Position numbers and translations under genes: made by a program
Virus record (IMG/VR): IMGVR_UViG_3300046513_000348
Location: 62,001 to 126,000 of that record
Length of the DNA stretch: 64,000 nucleotides
Strand: one strand, 5' to 3'
Part shown: positions 46,907-56,153 of the stretch, in pieces
Layout: each line of letters opens with the position of its first letter
Numbering within the stretch: the first letter of the stretch is position 1
Notes under the pieces: model-generated
The model's database searches: none
What the model was told of the DNA's origin: nothing
Seen by the model: the letters and a program-made list of their open reading frames with translations, nothing else

Positions 46907-48157
46907 TTACCAGAAGTCGCCACTGCCGCCGGTCAGAATACCCTCTTTGTCCAGACCACTCAGGATTGAACCTTTGTCTGGATTGCTGAGGATAGCATTC
47001 TTATCGGAGTTACTCAGGATCGCGTTCTTGTCCGAGTTGGCAAGAATCTCACGCTTTGCTTGTTCCATGTCGATACGTGGATCAGCATCGCGCAGAATCG
47101 CATTACTTGCCGACGAAGCCGTCGACATTGGGTAACGACTCTTGATTGATTCAGTCACCGTTTTCGGTTCAGGGAAAGCGTCCACTGCAGCGTACCAGCG
47201 GGTACTCGGATCATTGGACATCTTGGCACCGTTGGAGAACAGATCTTTCGTTTCTTTGGAAGCGCCCATCAGACAAGTCAGATCGTTCATGGAAGTGGAC
47301 GAGCCGGCTGGTTGGAAAGAAGACTTATTCCAGTTGGGATCGATCTTCGAATAGGCGCCTTGATACTCGTAGAACTGACCGAGCGTTTGGGTGCCCGGGA
47401 CAGCTACTTTCGTATTGGCCGTCAATTTCTTAACTGCCGAGGAATCCATCATTCCGACGACACCAGTGCCCAGATGGTCAGCCATCGAAGACACCGACAG
47501 ATAGTCGCCGCGCTTCAGTGCGCCAGGCAGAGAAGTACTCGCCATGTTGTACAGGACATTACCCTTATTGGCAAGGGTCGTGGAATCCCTCACAGCGCCT
47601 GCAACGATACCGAACGAATTGGAGATACCCGCCATGCTAGCTTGATCGACCACCTGCCCGTAGATCTTCCCCAACGAACCATTGGGAGACAGAAGAACAC
47701 TCGTCTTACCCGTGATAGCGTTCAACGTGTTCGTAATACCACGCAGGTCTTTCAGGTTACCGCTCTTAACGGCCTTGACGAGTCCGTCTACTTGAGCGTA
47801 TGCCTGGGTTGCGGTCTTGAGTGCATTGCCGGCACTCTTGACCATCCCGGCTGCCGACTTGACACTCTTGAGCGTATCGCCAATCAGCGATTTCGCTTTT
47901 GATGCAGTGGAAGGCAAGGAGCCATCGAGTTGGTCCTTGAGACTTGCCGCCGCTTCGTTAGTTGGTCCTGCGAGTTTTTGGCCCGAGGTGAATTTACTCA
48001 GGAAGCTGAACTGGTCGTACAGATCGGTGCTGGTGCCAGTGATGTCCTGATAGCTGTTAACAGCCTCGGGAGTTGTCTTCTGGTATACGTCCGCAACGAT
48101 TGTTTCTTCGTCTGGTTTCCTGGCAAAGATACTCTTCGCGAGTTGGGCATTAGCCAT
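46907..48157 (-). CDS. Hypothetical (probable virion) protein with C-terminal 9-aa repeats
   Basis: 416 aa, Ala/Ser-rich. Confidence 0.75.
   Translation of the reverse strand: MANAQLAKSIFARKPDEETIVADVYQKTTPEAVNSYQDITGTSTDLYDQFSFLSKFTSGQKLAGPTNEAAASLKDQLDGSLPSTASKAKSLIGDTLKSVKSAAGMVKSAGNALKTATQAYAQVDGLVKAVKSGNLKDLRGITNTLNAITGKTSVLLSPNGSLGKIYGQVVDQASMAGISNSFGIVAGAVRDSTTLANKGNVLYNMASTSLPGALKRGDYLSVSSMADHLGTGVVGMMDSSAVKKLTANTKVAVPGTQTLGQFYEYQGAYSKIDPNWNKSSFQPAGSSTSMNDLTCLMGASKETKDLFSNGAKMSNDPSTRWYAAVDAFPEPKTVTESIKSRYPMSTASSASNAILRDADPRIDMEQAKREILANSDKNAILSNSDKNAILSNPDKGSILSGLDKEGILTGGSGDFW
46931..47047 (-). repeat. Degenerate 27-bp (9-aa) tandem repeat, about 4.5 copies
   Basis: ILANSDKNA ILSNSDKNA ILSNPDKGS ILSGLDKEG ILTG. 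Confidence 0.8.
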
Positions 48158-48205
48158 TTGTCACCTGTTAGAAAAAAATATAGGTCACAACATCAAAGCA
48201 GAATC

Positions 48206-48237
48206 CTACTATCGTGACCCGAAGGTCACGATAGTAG
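48206..48237 (-). terminator. Hairpin (UUCG loop on minus)
   Basis: ctactatcgtgacc-cgaa-ggtcacgatagtag. Confidence 0.75.
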
Positions 48238-48249
48238 TTTCCATATGAT

Positions 48250-48420
48250 TTACTTCTTCAGGTCGCAGGGCTTACGTTCCGGGTAGAAGAACCCGCAGGC
48301 CTTCGTATCGTCCGTAGTCATCTTGACGTTGTCCGAATGGTTCAGGTAAACCATCGGATTGCCGCACTGGCCGAGACCAGGGAAGAAGTCACGACATTGA
48401 CCACATTTGTCTTGTTCCAT
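48250..48420 (-). CDS. Small Cys-rich, probable metal-binding protein (56 aa)
   Basis: Below the track cutoff: MEQDKCGQCRDFFPGLGQCGNPMVYLNHSDNVKMTTDDTKACGFFYPERKPCDLKK*; AGGA Shine-Dalgarno. Confidence 0.7.
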   Translation of the reverse strand: MEQDKCGQCRDFFPGLGQCGNPMVYLNHSDNVKMTTDDTKACGFFYPERKPCDLKK

Positions 48421-48428
48421 GACAGTTC

Positions 48429-48953
48429 CTATTTATCGAGCGGTTTGAAGTTCATGTCCTTAAACCGCACAAAGTGATGCTCCTTCTCGCCGCGAAGGAT
48501 AGCGCGTACATCGTCGAGAACGGCAATGTACAGAGACGCGATCTTTGGTCGAACAGCCAGGTGATCCTTACCTTTTACAAAGTAGTGATCAAACGGCAGC
48601 GTTTCATTGATCATCGCATGAACCCAGTCAGTGTGCGTCTGGAGTTTCAGGATGGTCGCATCCACGGTCAGTTCCGCGAACTTGTCGCATTGGAACTTCT
48701 TCGTCAGCCGCACGAAGTTACGAGCCACATGAGGCTCCATCGTACGGATGTTATCGCGGGTACCACCGGTGTTCAGGTAGTGCCAGAGGTTTTCGACAGA
48801 GCGGAAGTGAGCCAGTGTCGGGTGATGAAACGGCTCTCCGGTATCGTAAGAAGGAGAAAGGATTTGACCCAGCGGAGTTTTAGCCTTCGTGTGGGTGTTG
48901 ATGTGAGTGATGCCGTCTTTTTGCGGATCCGGCCTGACGGTAAAGTCAATCAT
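48429..48953 (-). CDS. T4 gp30.3/NADAR-like protein
   Basis: DGITHIN..KAKTPLGQILS...F.HP...FRSVENLWHYL...LKLQTH...LPFDHY; start reset to the ATGA overlap. Confidence 0.55.
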   Translation of the reverse strand: MIDFTVRPDPQKDGITHINTHTKAKTPLGQILSPSYDTGEPFHHPTLAHFRSVENLWHYLNTGGTRDNIRTMEPHVARNFVRLTKKFQCDKFAELTVDATILKLQTHTDWVHAMINETLPFDHYFVKGKDHLAVRPKIASLYIAVLDDVRAILRGEKEHHFVRFKDMNFKPLDK

Positions 48954-49531
48954 TTCATTTCTCCAGTCTGATTCTTCTTCTTGTTTTTCAGCTCTTTCAG
49001 TTTTGCCCACAGCTTCTCCAAATGGGCATCGTCCTTTTCATCACCCTCGAGTTGAAGATAGTCACTGATCTCCGAAAGGAGACGAGTTTCTTCATCTTCT
49101 TCCTTGAGGCTCATGAGGACGTCAGGGGTTAATGGATAGCGGACCTTGCCGACAATGCGTCGGTTGCCCTTCATTTTCCAAACAGCAATCAGTTCGATTT
49201 CCTGAACGTCTGCCACTACAGCTGCGTTCACGAAAGTACTGATAGACATGCCCTCTTCTTCGGAGAAGATTTGGGAAGTCAAATTGCCGCGGGCCGAGGT
49301 ACGAGCCTCGGGCGTTTGCTTAACGCCGTTCTTCGGATCGTTAACGTAACGCTTCAGTAGTGTGTCCCAGGTCTCGAGGCGTGTGATCTTGAGACCGCGG
49401 AACAGAAATCGATGCACCAGATACCAGAGAATGTTCTTCGGCCTTCTGGGAAAGTCGAATATGTCTTTGGAGGTTAGCTCCATTCGACTATTGACTCTTT
49501 TAGTCACACGACTATCTTCTTTACGTGCCAT
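48950..49531 (-). CDS. Conserved hypothetical protein
   Basis: 193 aa; YVNDPKN, SARGNL. Confidence 0.75.
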   Translation of the reverse strand: MARKEDSRVTKRVNSRMELTSKDIFDFPRRPKNILWYLVHRFLFRGLKITRLETWDTLLKRYVNDPKNGVKQTPEARTSARGNLTSQIFSEEEGMSISTFVNAAVVADVQEIELIAVWKMKGNRRIVGKVRYPLTPDVLMSLKEEDEETRLLSEISDYLQLEGDEKDDAHLEKLWAKLKELKNKKKNQTGEMK

Positions 49532-49600
49532 TTGTTAGGCTCCAAAAATGAGTATGGTAGGCCATACCTTAAAACGTGCTGCGTTAAAAGTAACTTTGGT

Positions 49601-50113
49601 TCATTCTCCAAAGTGGTCAAAGAGTGAGGTCAGGAATTGGATCAGCGTTTCCGTGTAGCTATAGAGCTGCCGATGATTATGCTCCATCGCTCCGTAAAGA
49701 GCCTTGTCGGCCTCTTTCATCAATTCGTAGTACCGGTCAATCTGTTCCAGCGTTTGTTGCAGCTTTGCAGGAACGTCGTCAACGTAGTAGCCATCTTCTA
49801 CGAACAGGAATTTGTCAAACTTAACGGTCTTGGCATTCTTGATGAAGAACAAGCCGCGTTCAATGTGCTTATTTTCTTTGAGGGTAGCATTTACCTCCAC
49901 GAGAGATTTTAGTAAACCAGCCAACGTTTCGGAGAAGCTTTCGATTCTTCCTAACGATGCTGGGCTAGCGCCTAGCCGAAGCTGAGTAGACCCAACTCTT
50001 TCTATGGCCAATTTCAAACGGACATAGATGTTGTTCGGATCTATCTCTACGACTTCTTCTGGCTTTTTCTCAGCGACTTTGCCACTGAGCAACTTGAAGA
50101 GTCTTTGTATCAT
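49601..50113 (-). CDS. Hypothetical protein
   Basis: Start at MIQRLF, downstream of the promoter motif. Confidence 0.65.
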   Translation of the reverse strand: MIQRLFKLLSGKVAEKKPEEVVEIDPNNIYVRLKLAIERVGSTQLRLGASPASLGRIESFSETLAGLLKSLVEVNATLKENKHIERGLFFIKNAKTVKFDKFLFVEDGYYVDDVPAKLQQTLEQIDRYYELMKEADKALYGAMEHNHRQLYSYTETLIQFLTSLFDHFGE

Positions 50114-50151
50114 GTGATGATCAACGTTCAGTTTAGACAGAGATCCCAAGA

Positions 50152-50178
50152 GTAATATATGTCTGACATGTTTTAAAG
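50152..50178 (-). promoter_or_regulatory. Early (vRNAP) promoter
   Basis: ctttaaaacatgtcagacaTATATTAC, exact phiKZ early consensus core. Confidence 0.7.
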
Positions 50179-50188
50179 GAGAGTTACC

Positions 50189-50620
50189 GTGTCCGGTCAA
50201 AAACCTGAGGATATCGAGCGGAGTTTCCAGGATCTGGATTACACGCAGGGTATCCGCCGCCGTATCGTAGAAGGCATCGCTGATAAAGCGATTGCCAATG
50301 AAGATCCCGAAATGCTGGACAAGACCATGAAGGCCTTGGACGGCATGGACAAACAGTCTCTGGGCAAACTCAAGATCAATGAGAAAGCCAAGGAAAACGA
50401 AACGAAAGCTGGCGAGTCCGAGGCACTGGCAAAGTATTTGGTTACTTTGTCAGACCGTCGTGCTGGCAGCGCTAAACCGGAGATGCAAGATAGCGACATC
50501 CCCGGTCGTAAGCTTCCGTCGGAACGTCGTCCCAACTACGATCCGTCGATCCGTGATGCAACGGCGGGTACTGAAAACACCGCCGAGTTCACGGCACGTA
50601 TCGAAGGCGACCAGAAGTAA
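50189..50620 (+). CDS. Conserved hypothetical helical protein
   Basis: 143 aa, AAGGAG Shine-Dalgarno, GTG start. Confidence 0.75.
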   Translation: MSGQKPEDIERSFQDLDYTQGIRRRIVEGIADKAIANEDPEMLDKTMKALDGMDKQSLGKLKINEKAKENETKAGESEALAKYLVTLSDRRAGSAKPEMQDSDIPGRKLPSERRPNYDPSIRDATAGTENTAEFTARIEGDQK

Positions 50621-51421
50621 TTACGCTTCCGGAATACGCTTCTGTTTCACCAGCATGCGGTCCAACTCTTCGATAGGGATGGATCGCGTGTCGTCCGGCA
50701 CATCGACCTTCAGCACCCGATCGTCCGGATAGACAATGCTGAAGACTTCGACGTTCACGAACTTCACACACAACTTATCCTGGATCCCTGCCTCGAGCAG
50801 GGCCAGGGAGTTTATGCCCTGTTTGAGTTGGTCGATGGTCTCGTCGTGGGTTTCCGGATCGTTGTTGATGTAGACCATCGGAGCCACGAGAATCAGATAC
50901 GGCTTGGGGTTGCGAATGAGCTCGTTGGAGTGCGCATTCAGGTAATCCACGAAATCGTACATGACCATCATGTGATAATTTTCGGCACACTTCGTCGGGG
51001 TCATTTCCTCGATCGGTTTGCTGAAGACATTCACGCCAACGATACCACGCAGCTGCATGTGGACGAGAGTACGCAAGATGGCCATCTCGTCGTCGGACAG
51101 CTCGTAAGGCCAGACATTGACATCGAGGAACGGCCGCTGGTGTTCCTGGTGGTTGTGCGCCACGTATTCCTTCATCGCATCAGCAATCTGCGGATAGAGG
51201 AACTGGAAGACGTTGGTGATCGTCGATTCCGGCAGCGCGTTCGCATCACGTTCCATGTACAACTTGCGGAACGTCTCGTGATCGATCCCTGGGAAGAAGT
51301 CGCCCTTACGCTGATGATATCCGTTTCGGATGATCTCTGCATAGGCTTCCGGATTCATCATGCGAATGATTGCGGCTCGGATGTCGAAGATCGAATCGAT
51401 GTGTACGTAGAAACCTTTCAT
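50621..51421 (-). CDS. Conserved phiKZ-like hypothetical protein
   Basis: 266 aa; YVHIDSIFDIR, LDVNVWPY. Confidence 0.75.
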   Translation of the reverse strand: MKGFYVHIDSIFDIRAAIIRMMNPEAYAEIIRNGYHQRKGDFFPGIDHETFRKLYMERDANALPESTITNVFQFLYPQIADAMKEYVAHNHQEHQRPFLDVNVWPYELSDDEMAILRTLVHMQLRGIVGVNVFSKPIEEMTPTKCAENYHMMVMYDFVDYLNAHSNELIRNPKPYLILVAPMVYINNDPETHDETIDQLKQGINSLALLEAGIQDKLCVKFVNVEVFSIVYPDDRVLKVDVPDDTRSIPIEELDRMLVKQKRIPEA

Positions 51422-51927
51422 TACTTACCTCCGCCCACGGCTTCCTTGATGATGTTGGTGTCCAGATACAGTGTAGCCGTAATCAGCATCACCAGCATAC
51501 GGTTGTTACGCAGCATCATTTCGATGGCTTGGGGGTTCGTGAGACGGTCACGATATTCCTTCGGCATCATCGACAGCTTCTCGTCTTCGTTATCTTGCGT
51601 GAAGAACGATTCGGCGATGTGTTTCACGTAACGATCGTAGTCTTCCTTTTCCAGCACGAAGCGCTGACGGAAAATGGCCGTCAAGGTGAACACCAGGTTG
51701 ATGTGGATCGTGTCCTTGTAGATGAAGTCGATCAGCTGCTCCATCGCTTCTTCAGTGAAGAAGAGCCAGGGCTGGATCATCTGCAGCGTTTCCGCTACGA
51801 ACTTCGCTTCGAACAACTTGTCTTCACCAGAAGCCAGGTGAAAGAAGTAATGGGCAAAGGCCCCGTCGATCGCCTTCTCGGCGACCTTGTTGATTTCGGC
51901 AATTGGTGTCATAAAGAATCCAAACAA
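51421..51927 (-). CDS. Hypothetical protein
   Basis: 168 aa, TAATG overlap with the next gene. Confidence 0.7.
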   Translation of the reverse strand: MFGFFMTPIAEINKVAEKAIDGAFAHYFFHLASGEDKLFEAKFVAETLQMIQPWLFFTEEAMEQLIDFIYKDTIHINLVFTLTAIFRQRFVLEKEDYDRYVKHIAESFFTQDNEDEKLSMMPKEYRDRLTNPQAIEMMLRNNRMLVMLITATLYLDTNIIKEAVGGGK

Positions 51928-51939
51928 AGATAAAGTAAA

Positions 51940-51965
51940 CAGATCGTGGCGTTAGCCACGATCTG
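51940..51965 (-). terminator. Hairpin
   Basis: cagatcgtggc-gtta-gccacgatctg. Confidence 0.7.
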
Positions 51966-51977
51966 CTACACGTATGG

Positions 51978-52661
51978 TCAAAGCGTGGTGTCGTAGTGCA
52001 TGCCGATCAGGATGTTGCGCAGCGACTTGGTAGACGTCACCTCACCCGCGTACGGGGACAATGCATCCATCGAAGCGCCGCCGGTCTTGAGAATCTGTTG
52101 ATTCATCAAGCGGTTACCTTTCACGTCACCACCACGCCAGTGCATGAATTCTTCAATCGTGCGAGACAGACCGAAAGCTTTCAGCAGGGACAGCTCGGGA
52201 TAGCTAATCTTCGAGCCTTTGGAATCACCGGTGACCTGACCAGTAAAGTCGTCGATGGAGTGGTTATTTTCAGGGATGGAGATCTTCTCCACCAGAAGCT
52301 GTGCCTGACGCCGCACCGGGAAGGGCAGGATCAGATACGCATTGGGAGTCAGGAACCATTCGCCGGAATCGTCCTGATACCAGATTTGTTGGAAGAATTC
52401 GATGCCGTACTTGGGACCGAGTTCGTGAAGGTTGCGATCGACACTCAGCTTAAACTTGCTGCCAGGCGGATCAACATAAACGAGCGCGCCTTCCTTGCGA
52501 CGCATGCGTTCCATCCAATCATCGAACTGTTTGTCGTTCAAGTACTTGGGACTATTTGGATCGAAGAGCTGTTGATACAGCGCTACGTTTGGATTGCCGG
52601 GTGCGATGGAGTCGATGACACCGAGTATCACCTTCTCCGCCGCTTTTCTGTTTTTCGCCAT
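51978..52661 (-). CDS. Virion RNA polymerase beta subunit, C-terminal part (phiKZ gp149-like)
   Basis: PVRRQAQLL.KISIP, TGQVTGDSKG.KISYPE, EF...RGGD (beta flap/switch region); start at the TAATG overlap. Confidence 0.85.
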   Translation of the reverse strand: MAKNRKAAEKVILGVIDSIAPGNPNVALYQQLFDPNSPKYLNDKQFDDWMERMRRKEGALVYVDPPGSKFKLSVDRNLHELGPKYGIEFFQQIWYQDDSGEWFLTPNAYLILPFPVRRQAQLLVEKISIPENNHSIDDFTGQVTGDSKGSKISYPELSLLKAFGLSRTIEEFMHWRGGDVKGNRLMNQQILKTGGASMDALSPYAGEVTSTKSLRNILIGMHYDTTL

Positions 52662-53140
52662 TAACGTTGTTCCTGAGGTACGCGGATAAGACGGATGGTT
52701 ACCTTCTTGTCGTTGCAGCATTCCGCCATGTGCTTGGTGCCAGGGGAATGCCCGTCCCAGAAGCCGAGAGCGTGAGAAGAGACATTGGCCATGTCCTGGT
52801 TACGCATGAAGCCCGCCACGCAGTTGTATTGCTTACCCGCAGCGTTAGTCTTGATACGTGCACCAGGAGCATCGATGTTGTCCCAGTCGGCAGGACACTC
52901 GTGCCAGCGCCAGCCATTCTTTTTACACCATTCGACGATGAGTTTATCCGGGCCATCCGCCATGCCGGACACGAACACCGTGTTCTCTGGAGTAAAGTGA
53001 TTATCGTTAATGAAACCTATCAGGCAAGCCTCGAAGGTTTCGTAGTCGTTGTATTTCCGGCTACCAAAAACGGTACAAACGTTTTTGAACTTACGCAGTT
53101 CGTCACGCCGGATGGGACGAACGGGCTTCCCGTCGCTCAT
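52661..53140 (-). CDS. SLOG-superfamily (DUF2493/YspA-like) protein
   Basis: VFGSRKYNDY, VSGMADGPD, PADWD, AGFMRNQDM, FWDGHSPGTKHM. Confidence 0.85.
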   Translation of the reverse strand: MSDGKPVRPIRRDELRKFKNVCTVFGSRKYNDYETFEACLIGFINDNHFTPENTVFVSGMADGPDKLIVEWCKKNGWRWHECPADWDNIDAPGARIKTNAAGKQYNCVAGFMRNQDMANVSSHALGFWDGHSPGTKHMAECCNDKKVTIRLIRVPQEQR

Positions 53141-53230
53141 GATTCCGCTATCCTTATTGAGGCCCGATAATTGAGCGAGTGCTCATCTTATCGGGCTAAA
53201 AGGAGAGCGATCTTTCACGCTCTCCGGTGT

Positions 53231-54637
53231 TTACATCCAGTACGGTTTGTACTTGTCCAGTCGCATACGCAGCAGGTCCAGGGTCGACAGGAATTTGATT
53301 GGGTGTTCGTCGTTGTTCAGAGTCCACCATCCACGGGTACCGCCCAGGATCATGTCCCAGTCGTAACCCTTCTCTTTGATACCGCTGAACAGCTCTTGCG
53401 GAGTGCACAGCAGGCCTTGGTTGCGAAGCTCGGGCATCAGACGACTCATCTGCATGAGTTCCATCGTGATGTTCAGAGCGCGTTGCAGCATCGGATCGCT
53501 GTCGATCTTCGAACGAACCTTCGTACGCGACAGCTTGGCGTCAGGACGCAGCGTCAGGTAGTAGTTCGTATCGTTACCTTCGAGACCGAAAGAATCCGGG
53601 TGATCCCACAGATTATAGAATTCGGTCATTGCTGGCAGAACGCCATGCTTCTGCGACACCACCAGGCGAATCGGTACACCCGACGGGCCGGACTTGCCGC
53701 GCAGTTCGACCGCATGCAAGACATTCAGGTCGGTGTCGCCTTCGGCTTTATCGAATTCGTCGCGTGGGAACAGCGGCAACTTGGTCTGCTTGTGGATCAG
53801 CTTCTCCAGGTTGTAGAACTGGAGGATCGAGTTCATGATGTAGGTGAACTTGTCGGTCACACCCTTCATCTTGACGTTGCCCTGAATGTTGGACAACTTC
53901 TTCTTCTCGGGGTTGTACTGGTCCATGTTGAAGATCGGGCCGACCTGTGCCGTCATGGAATAGTAATGCGACGCCTTATGCAGCAAAGGCGGGAACTCGG
54001 ACAGCAGACGCAGCTTCTGGATACCCTGCTTCATGAACATGGTCTCGGCACCTTTGCCGCCCAGTTCGATGTCGTCGTTCATCTTGGCGACGTCTTTGGT
54101 CACGAAGTCGGTGAACGAGTCCAGGCCGCCGAAAGTCGGAATGATCATGTCCATCAGCTCTTTGGTACCGAGCTTCAGGAAAGGCAGCAGCGCGCGGTAT
54201 TCCTTCTTCTTGCCGAGCTCGATCTTCTGCTCGAGGAATTCCTTGGTCTGGTCGTAGTACTCGTCGCCGGTGTATTGCTTGCGCGAGGTCACGATGAAGC
54301 GTTCGGATTCGATCGGATCGATACCATCGAACTCAGGGAGTTGGAGCGCGAGGTCGCCAACACGAGTGCCCTGTGTGTTCATTTCGGTTTCGTACATCGA
54401 ACCAGTCGACTGCGCGTGAATGCGATACATCGCCCGCAGGTTTTTGTACAGCATGGTGGTGGTCTTGAACAGGTTACCACCGCCGACGTAACCGCTCAAC
54501 ATGGCGTGTCCGCCATTCAGAACAGCTTCGTCATGCTGGCCGTAATACCAACGACCGGTGATAATATCCAGGCCGGCGCCGACGTTGACCATCGGTGCGA
54601 GGTGCTCTGCTTTTTGATACGGTTGTTTAAACAACAT
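53231..54637 (-). CDS. uvsX: UvsX/RecA-like recombinase (phiKZ gp152-like)
   Basis: NVGAGLDIITG, Walker A GGGNLFKTT, YETE, LDSFT, RGKSGPSG. Confidence 0.85.
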   Translation of the reverse strand: MLFKQPYQKAEHLAPMVNVGAGLDIITGRWYYGQHDEAVLNGGHAMLSGYVGGGNLFKTTTMLYKNLRAMYRIHAQSTGSMYETEMNTQGTRVGDLALQLPEFDGIDPIESERFIVTSRKQYTGDEYYDQTKEFLEQKIELGKKKEYRALLPFLKLGTKELMDMIIPTFGGLDSFTDFVTKDVAKMNDDIELGGKGAETMFMKQGIQKLRLLSEFPPLLHKASHYYSMTAQVGPIFNMDQYNPEKKKLSNIQGNVKMKGVTDKFTYIMNSILQFYNLEKLIHKQTKLPLFPRDEFDKAEGDTDLNVLHAVELRGKSGPSGVPIRLVVSQKHGVLPAMTEFYNLWDHPDSFGLEGNDTNYYLTLRPDAKLSRTKVRSKIDSDPMLQRALNITMELMQMSRLMPELRNQGLLCTPQELFSGIKEKGYDWDMILGGTRGWWTLNNDEHPIKFLSTLDLLRMRLDKYKPYWM

Positions 54638-54749
54638 ATGAATGCTCTCCAATCATTTGAAACGAAGAATGCGTGAGTCAAACTATGGGTTTATTCGTTA
54701 AAAATTATAGTTTGACTCTTGTTTACTTGTCTAACCGTGAGACTTAAAA

Positions 54750-55628
54750 ATGGATAACGTCTTTGGCGCCCAGCACTTTTCTGACCGTGACCCGGAACAG
54801 AACCTGATTCAAATGAACGCTCTGTTCATGGATCTCATCACCCAATCGGCAACGGCTGACTGCCAGAGCTTCCCCCTGAAGGAGCATTTCGCTGACTTCT
54901 ACATGAAGGCCCGCTTCTCGATCGAGAACACCTTCGACAAACTCATGTCGGTCTCCCCGATCGAATTGCGTCCCTACGGCATCTTCCAGCGCTTCGTCAA
55001 CTCGATGCCTTACTCGGACACGATGCAATACCGTGCCGAAGTTCCTGAAGGCCTGCGGGTGACCTATCTGGATTACCTGGAAGTCCTGATTCCTGCCCAG
55101 CAGCGTGCCAACAAGATCATCGCGGACGTGATCGATCCGTTCACCAAGTTCGTCGGCAAAATGATCAGCGATGAGATCTACCGCAATCAGGTCGGCCACG
55201 AGATCAAGGAATTCAAGAAGCTCGAACCGGAATATCAGAAGACCATCAAGGACTTCAGTAACTGCTTCGGCAAGAACGACTACCACTCCTCGGCAGCTTT
55301 CGGCGAAGTCGTCAAGCGCTCGAATGATTGGCGTGTCGTGTTCGAGAATACTTTCGAACTGCGCGACTACTACAGGGAATTCCCGCACAAGGAAATCTCC
55401 GCGAAGCTGAACCGCCTGTACGAAATGCTCGACACCCTGATCGACCAGGTCAAGCTCGACCATTACGCCGCAGTCGAAAAGAACGTGACCCAGCTGCTCT
55501 CGACCGGCATGTATCACATCGCCAAAGAGATCGAACTGGCTGCCCTGACGACCTTCCGTACGAAGACCTTCATCACGGCAATCAACACCACGATCATGAA
55601 CATCGAGGAAATGGCTTACGCAACTTAA
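54750..55628 (+). CDS. Probable virion (head) protein, phiKZ gp153-like
   Basis: 292 aa, helical, VPEGL..TYLDY; synteny between uvsX and RNase H. Confidence 0.6.
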   Translation: MDNVFGAQHFSDRDPEQNLIQMNALFMDLITQSATADCQSFPLKEHFADFYMKARFSIENTFDKLMSVSPIELRPYGIFQRFVNSMPYSDTMQYRAEVPEGLRVTYLDYLEVLIPAQQRANKIIADVIDPFTKFVGKMISDEIYRNQVGHEIKEFKKLEPEYQKTIKDFSNCFGKNDYHSSAAFGEVVKRSNDWRVVFENTFELRDYYREFPHKEISAKLNRLYEMLDTLIDQVKLDHYAAVEKNVTQLLSTGMYHIAKEIELAALTTFRTKTFITAINTTIMNIEEMAYAT

Positions 55629-55647
55629 GCCAAAAAAAATCATAGCG

Positions 55648-55693
55648 GCATACTACTCTACCAGTCCCCTAGGGGACTGGTAGAGGCTTATGC
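55648..55693. terminator. Perfect 30-bp palindrome, bidirectional, TATGC on both sides
   Basis: ctctaccagtcccct|aggggactggtagag with GCATA at 55648 and TATGC at 55689. Confidence 0.85.
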
Positions 55694-55700
55694 TGTTGCA

Positions 55701-56120
55701 TTAAGGCATTACGAACAGTTCATCTTTCTTCACGAGCAGCTCGCGTACGTCTTCGACGATCTTCTTCGTCTGTCCGTAAACAAGCCAGCAGGGCATCAAT
55801 ACAACGATCTGTCTTGCCATCCGTGTGAGTTCCTGATCGGTGAGTTCAGAGCTCAGGCGAATGGGGCATACCAGATTTTCGATCGGACGGTTGGACCAGA
55901 TCTTATCGTTGTAGGCGAGCGGTAAGGCCACCGCGTCAGGGTCCTTGCACAAGTCGAACTTCTCTTGCAGGCGAAGTCGGGTCGTCCTGTCTAATTCTGC
56001 CTGACCGGAAACCTTCCCGGACAAAGATGACAGGAACACGAGACGTTTGGTGCGCCGGGGGAGTATATGAAAGAGGACCCTCAGCGCTCTGGAACGGAAT
56101 CTCTTGTTGGGTTGGTTCAT
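55701..56120 (-). CDS. Hypothetical protein
   Basis: 139-aa basic ORF. Confidence 0.7.
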   Translation of the reverse strand: MNQPNKRFRSRALRVLFHILPRRTKRLVFLSSLSGKVSGQAELDRTTRLRLQEKFDLCKDPDAVALPLAYNDKIWSNRPIENLVCPIRLSSELTDQELTRMARQIVVLMPCWLVYGQTKKIVEDVRELLVKKDELFVMP

Positions 56121-56153
56121 GTCGTAAAACGTTTGAACGAAAAGTTAATCATC

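Noticed and set aside
50621-51421. HAD phosphatase call from YVHIDSIFD
   Set aside because: The first Asp of DxD is replaced by His and the other HAD motifs are not evident
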